This document shows, in pieces, positions 32,653 to 34,140 of a stretch of DNA of 34,140 nt (position 1 is its first letter; the number at the start of each line of letters is the position of its first letter). The stretch spans positions 1-34,140 of the forward strand of contig KZ539219.1 of assembly GCA_000934665.2 (NCBI GenBank), read 5' to 3'. The DNA is from Catajapyx aquilonaris. Lineage: Eukaryota. The notes under the pieces were generated by a model. It was not told the origin of the DNA. It saw nothing but the letters and a program-made list of their open reading frames with translations, and made no database searches. Both the position numbers and the translations under genes were made by a program.

Positions 32653-32784
32653 CGTCTACTCGAACGGACTGGGAAGCGGACTGGTGCTGCTTCGAGTGGA
32701 GGCATCAGGAGTCCTAATCGAATCATATCCGTCGAATCATCAGATGAAAATGGTCGGGTTCAGACGAAATAAATGTATATAATA

Positions 32785-32980
32785 AAAATGGCCGCGGCCG
32801 TTCCAAAACGTCGCTTGCGCATGCGCATACCATTCAGACGAAACAAACCGCTCAATTTTTAGCATTATAAATATGCGTCAATGTTTGGAAATTTTGCGAA
32901 TTTGCAGCCACTAAAATTTTCAAGACAACAAACAGGTGGTTGGTCAAATGCGGATGCGCATGCGTCGTAACGCACGTGTT
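32785..32980. promoter_or_regulatory. Housekeeping-type promoter motifs
   Basis: YY1/Pho-like AAAATGGCCG (~32785), NRF1/Ewg palindromes TGCGCATGCGCA (32816-32827) and TGCGCATGCG (~32955), and an E-box CACGTG, all in a CpG-rich tract. Confidence 0.55.
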
Positions 32981-33128
32981 TGTTCCAAAAAAAAAAAGGC
33001 AGACGGAAGAGGTCTTTTTTTCGGCGGTCGTTCACGCGGCTGTCTTTCGTCGTTGCTGTTTGAAATGCTGTAGTTATAGTGCAATGCAATTATTTTATTG
33101 AGCAACGTACTACATTTATCAGATATTA

Positions 33129-34031
33129 TCAGGGTCTGATCATCATGGCTGCTCTTTTCAGAGAGTAATAAAATCCCTTCCAGGAGAACCAGATGACACC
33201 TTGTTGGAATTGGCCGTGCTCTCCCTTGAGATAAACTCCGTTCATATTGGAATTGAGGCATGCATTGTACCACCAGCCACCCTTGAACCTCTCTGCGCAG
33301 TTAAATCCTCCCGAACGTTCGTTGTTCCGGTCTGTTGTGGAGAAGGCCTGGCCATTGTGCCAGTCCAGGGAGTCCCCCGCATCATCTCCTCCAGGTCCCT
33401 TCTGGTATCCCTCCACAGTGAGCCTGTACTTCTCCTCTTCATCTTGGACCATGAAAGTGTGGTACAAGGCGACCCTCTCCTCCCCCTCCCAATCCTCCAT
33501 GTCCACCCGGAGCATCATCGGAGTGGAAGGGTCACTGGTCAGTCCGTGGATAGCTTCCAGACCTACAGGGTGGGACAATATCTGTTGAGTTTCATGTGCG
33601 GGCTTTTCGCTGTTGTCAGACGCCATTTTGGTCTCCTGTGATGGTGACAATAAGTGACAAGAGTGCAACTCACCCAGCCAGAACTCCCCTTCCAGATCAC
33701 CAAACCCTCTCTTGTAATCTGCCCAATCTCGTTCGAAGTCCACGTGAGGCTGGATGTCGTCTCTTCTTCCCACCACTGTCCACCCTCCTCCATCCGTGAT
33801 CATGTCGCAATACACCTGTGGACACGACAACATTAGTTAACGATTTAAATTCTAGTGATTCCATATACAATGTAGCCCATAATGATTCAGAGTGAATGCG
33901 ATCATTTCCCGCGAGTCTCACCTGGACTTGTTTGCCAGAGATGTTCACGGAATACAAGCCTGATGTGCTGTGACCTGTTTGCTTAAGGTCGTAACAATTA
34001 CTTGATGCAAGAAGAGTGGAAGGTGTCGACT
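33129..34031 (-). CDS. Fibrinogen-related domain protein (ficolin/tachylectin-5/angiopoietin-like); 3' exons 34031-33922, 33815-33674, 33562-33129; 5' part outside the window
   Basis: Motifs NCYDLKQTGHSTSGLYSV, VYCDMITDGGGWTVV, DFERDWADYKRGFGDLEGEFWLG, HNGQAFSTTDRNN, NCAERFKGGWWYNACLNSNMNG and WKGFYYSLKRAAMMIRP*. Junctions are GT-AG with matching phases. Confidence 0.93.
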
Positions 34032-34073
34032 CTGAAAGAAATCAAGTAGTTGGTAATAGGACTGTTCTGGCCC

Positions 34074-34140
34074 ACTTCCGGCCATTGTTCTCACTTCCGG
34101 TCTGAACTTCCGGTCTGAACTTCCGGTCTGAACACTTCCG
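34074..34140. repeat. 13-bp tandem repeat ACTTCCGGTCTGA (runs off the window end)
   Basis: Three exact units plus flanking ACTTCCG copies. Each contains the ETS-type core CCGGAAGT on the minus strand. Confidence 0.85.

Overview
Eukaryotic, intron-rich genomic DNA, most likely from an arthropod (inferred from the twin/CNOT6 sequence style). There is one 15-nt N gap at 23110-23124. The main gene is a complete 8-coding-exon CCR4/CNOT6 (twin) deadenylase on the minus strand (27306-16083, 549 aa). Its second coding intron holds an intronless 204-aa gene of unknown function set head-to-head with an intact tRNA-Leu(TAG). A 3-exon multi-C2H2 zinc-finger gene (minus, 11295-3547) lies head-to-head with an intron-retaining, multiply disabled Dim1/TXNL4A pseudogene (11586-12120). 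The right end carries the 3' exons of a fibrinogen-related (FReD) gene. An orphan acidic ORF (32652-32158) sits between an NRF1/YY1-type promoter and three palindromic ecdysone-response-element-like sites. Introns and spacers contain many non-autonomous TIR elements, tRNA-derived SINEs, hairpins and minisatellites. All calls come from reading the sequence; no database searches were run.
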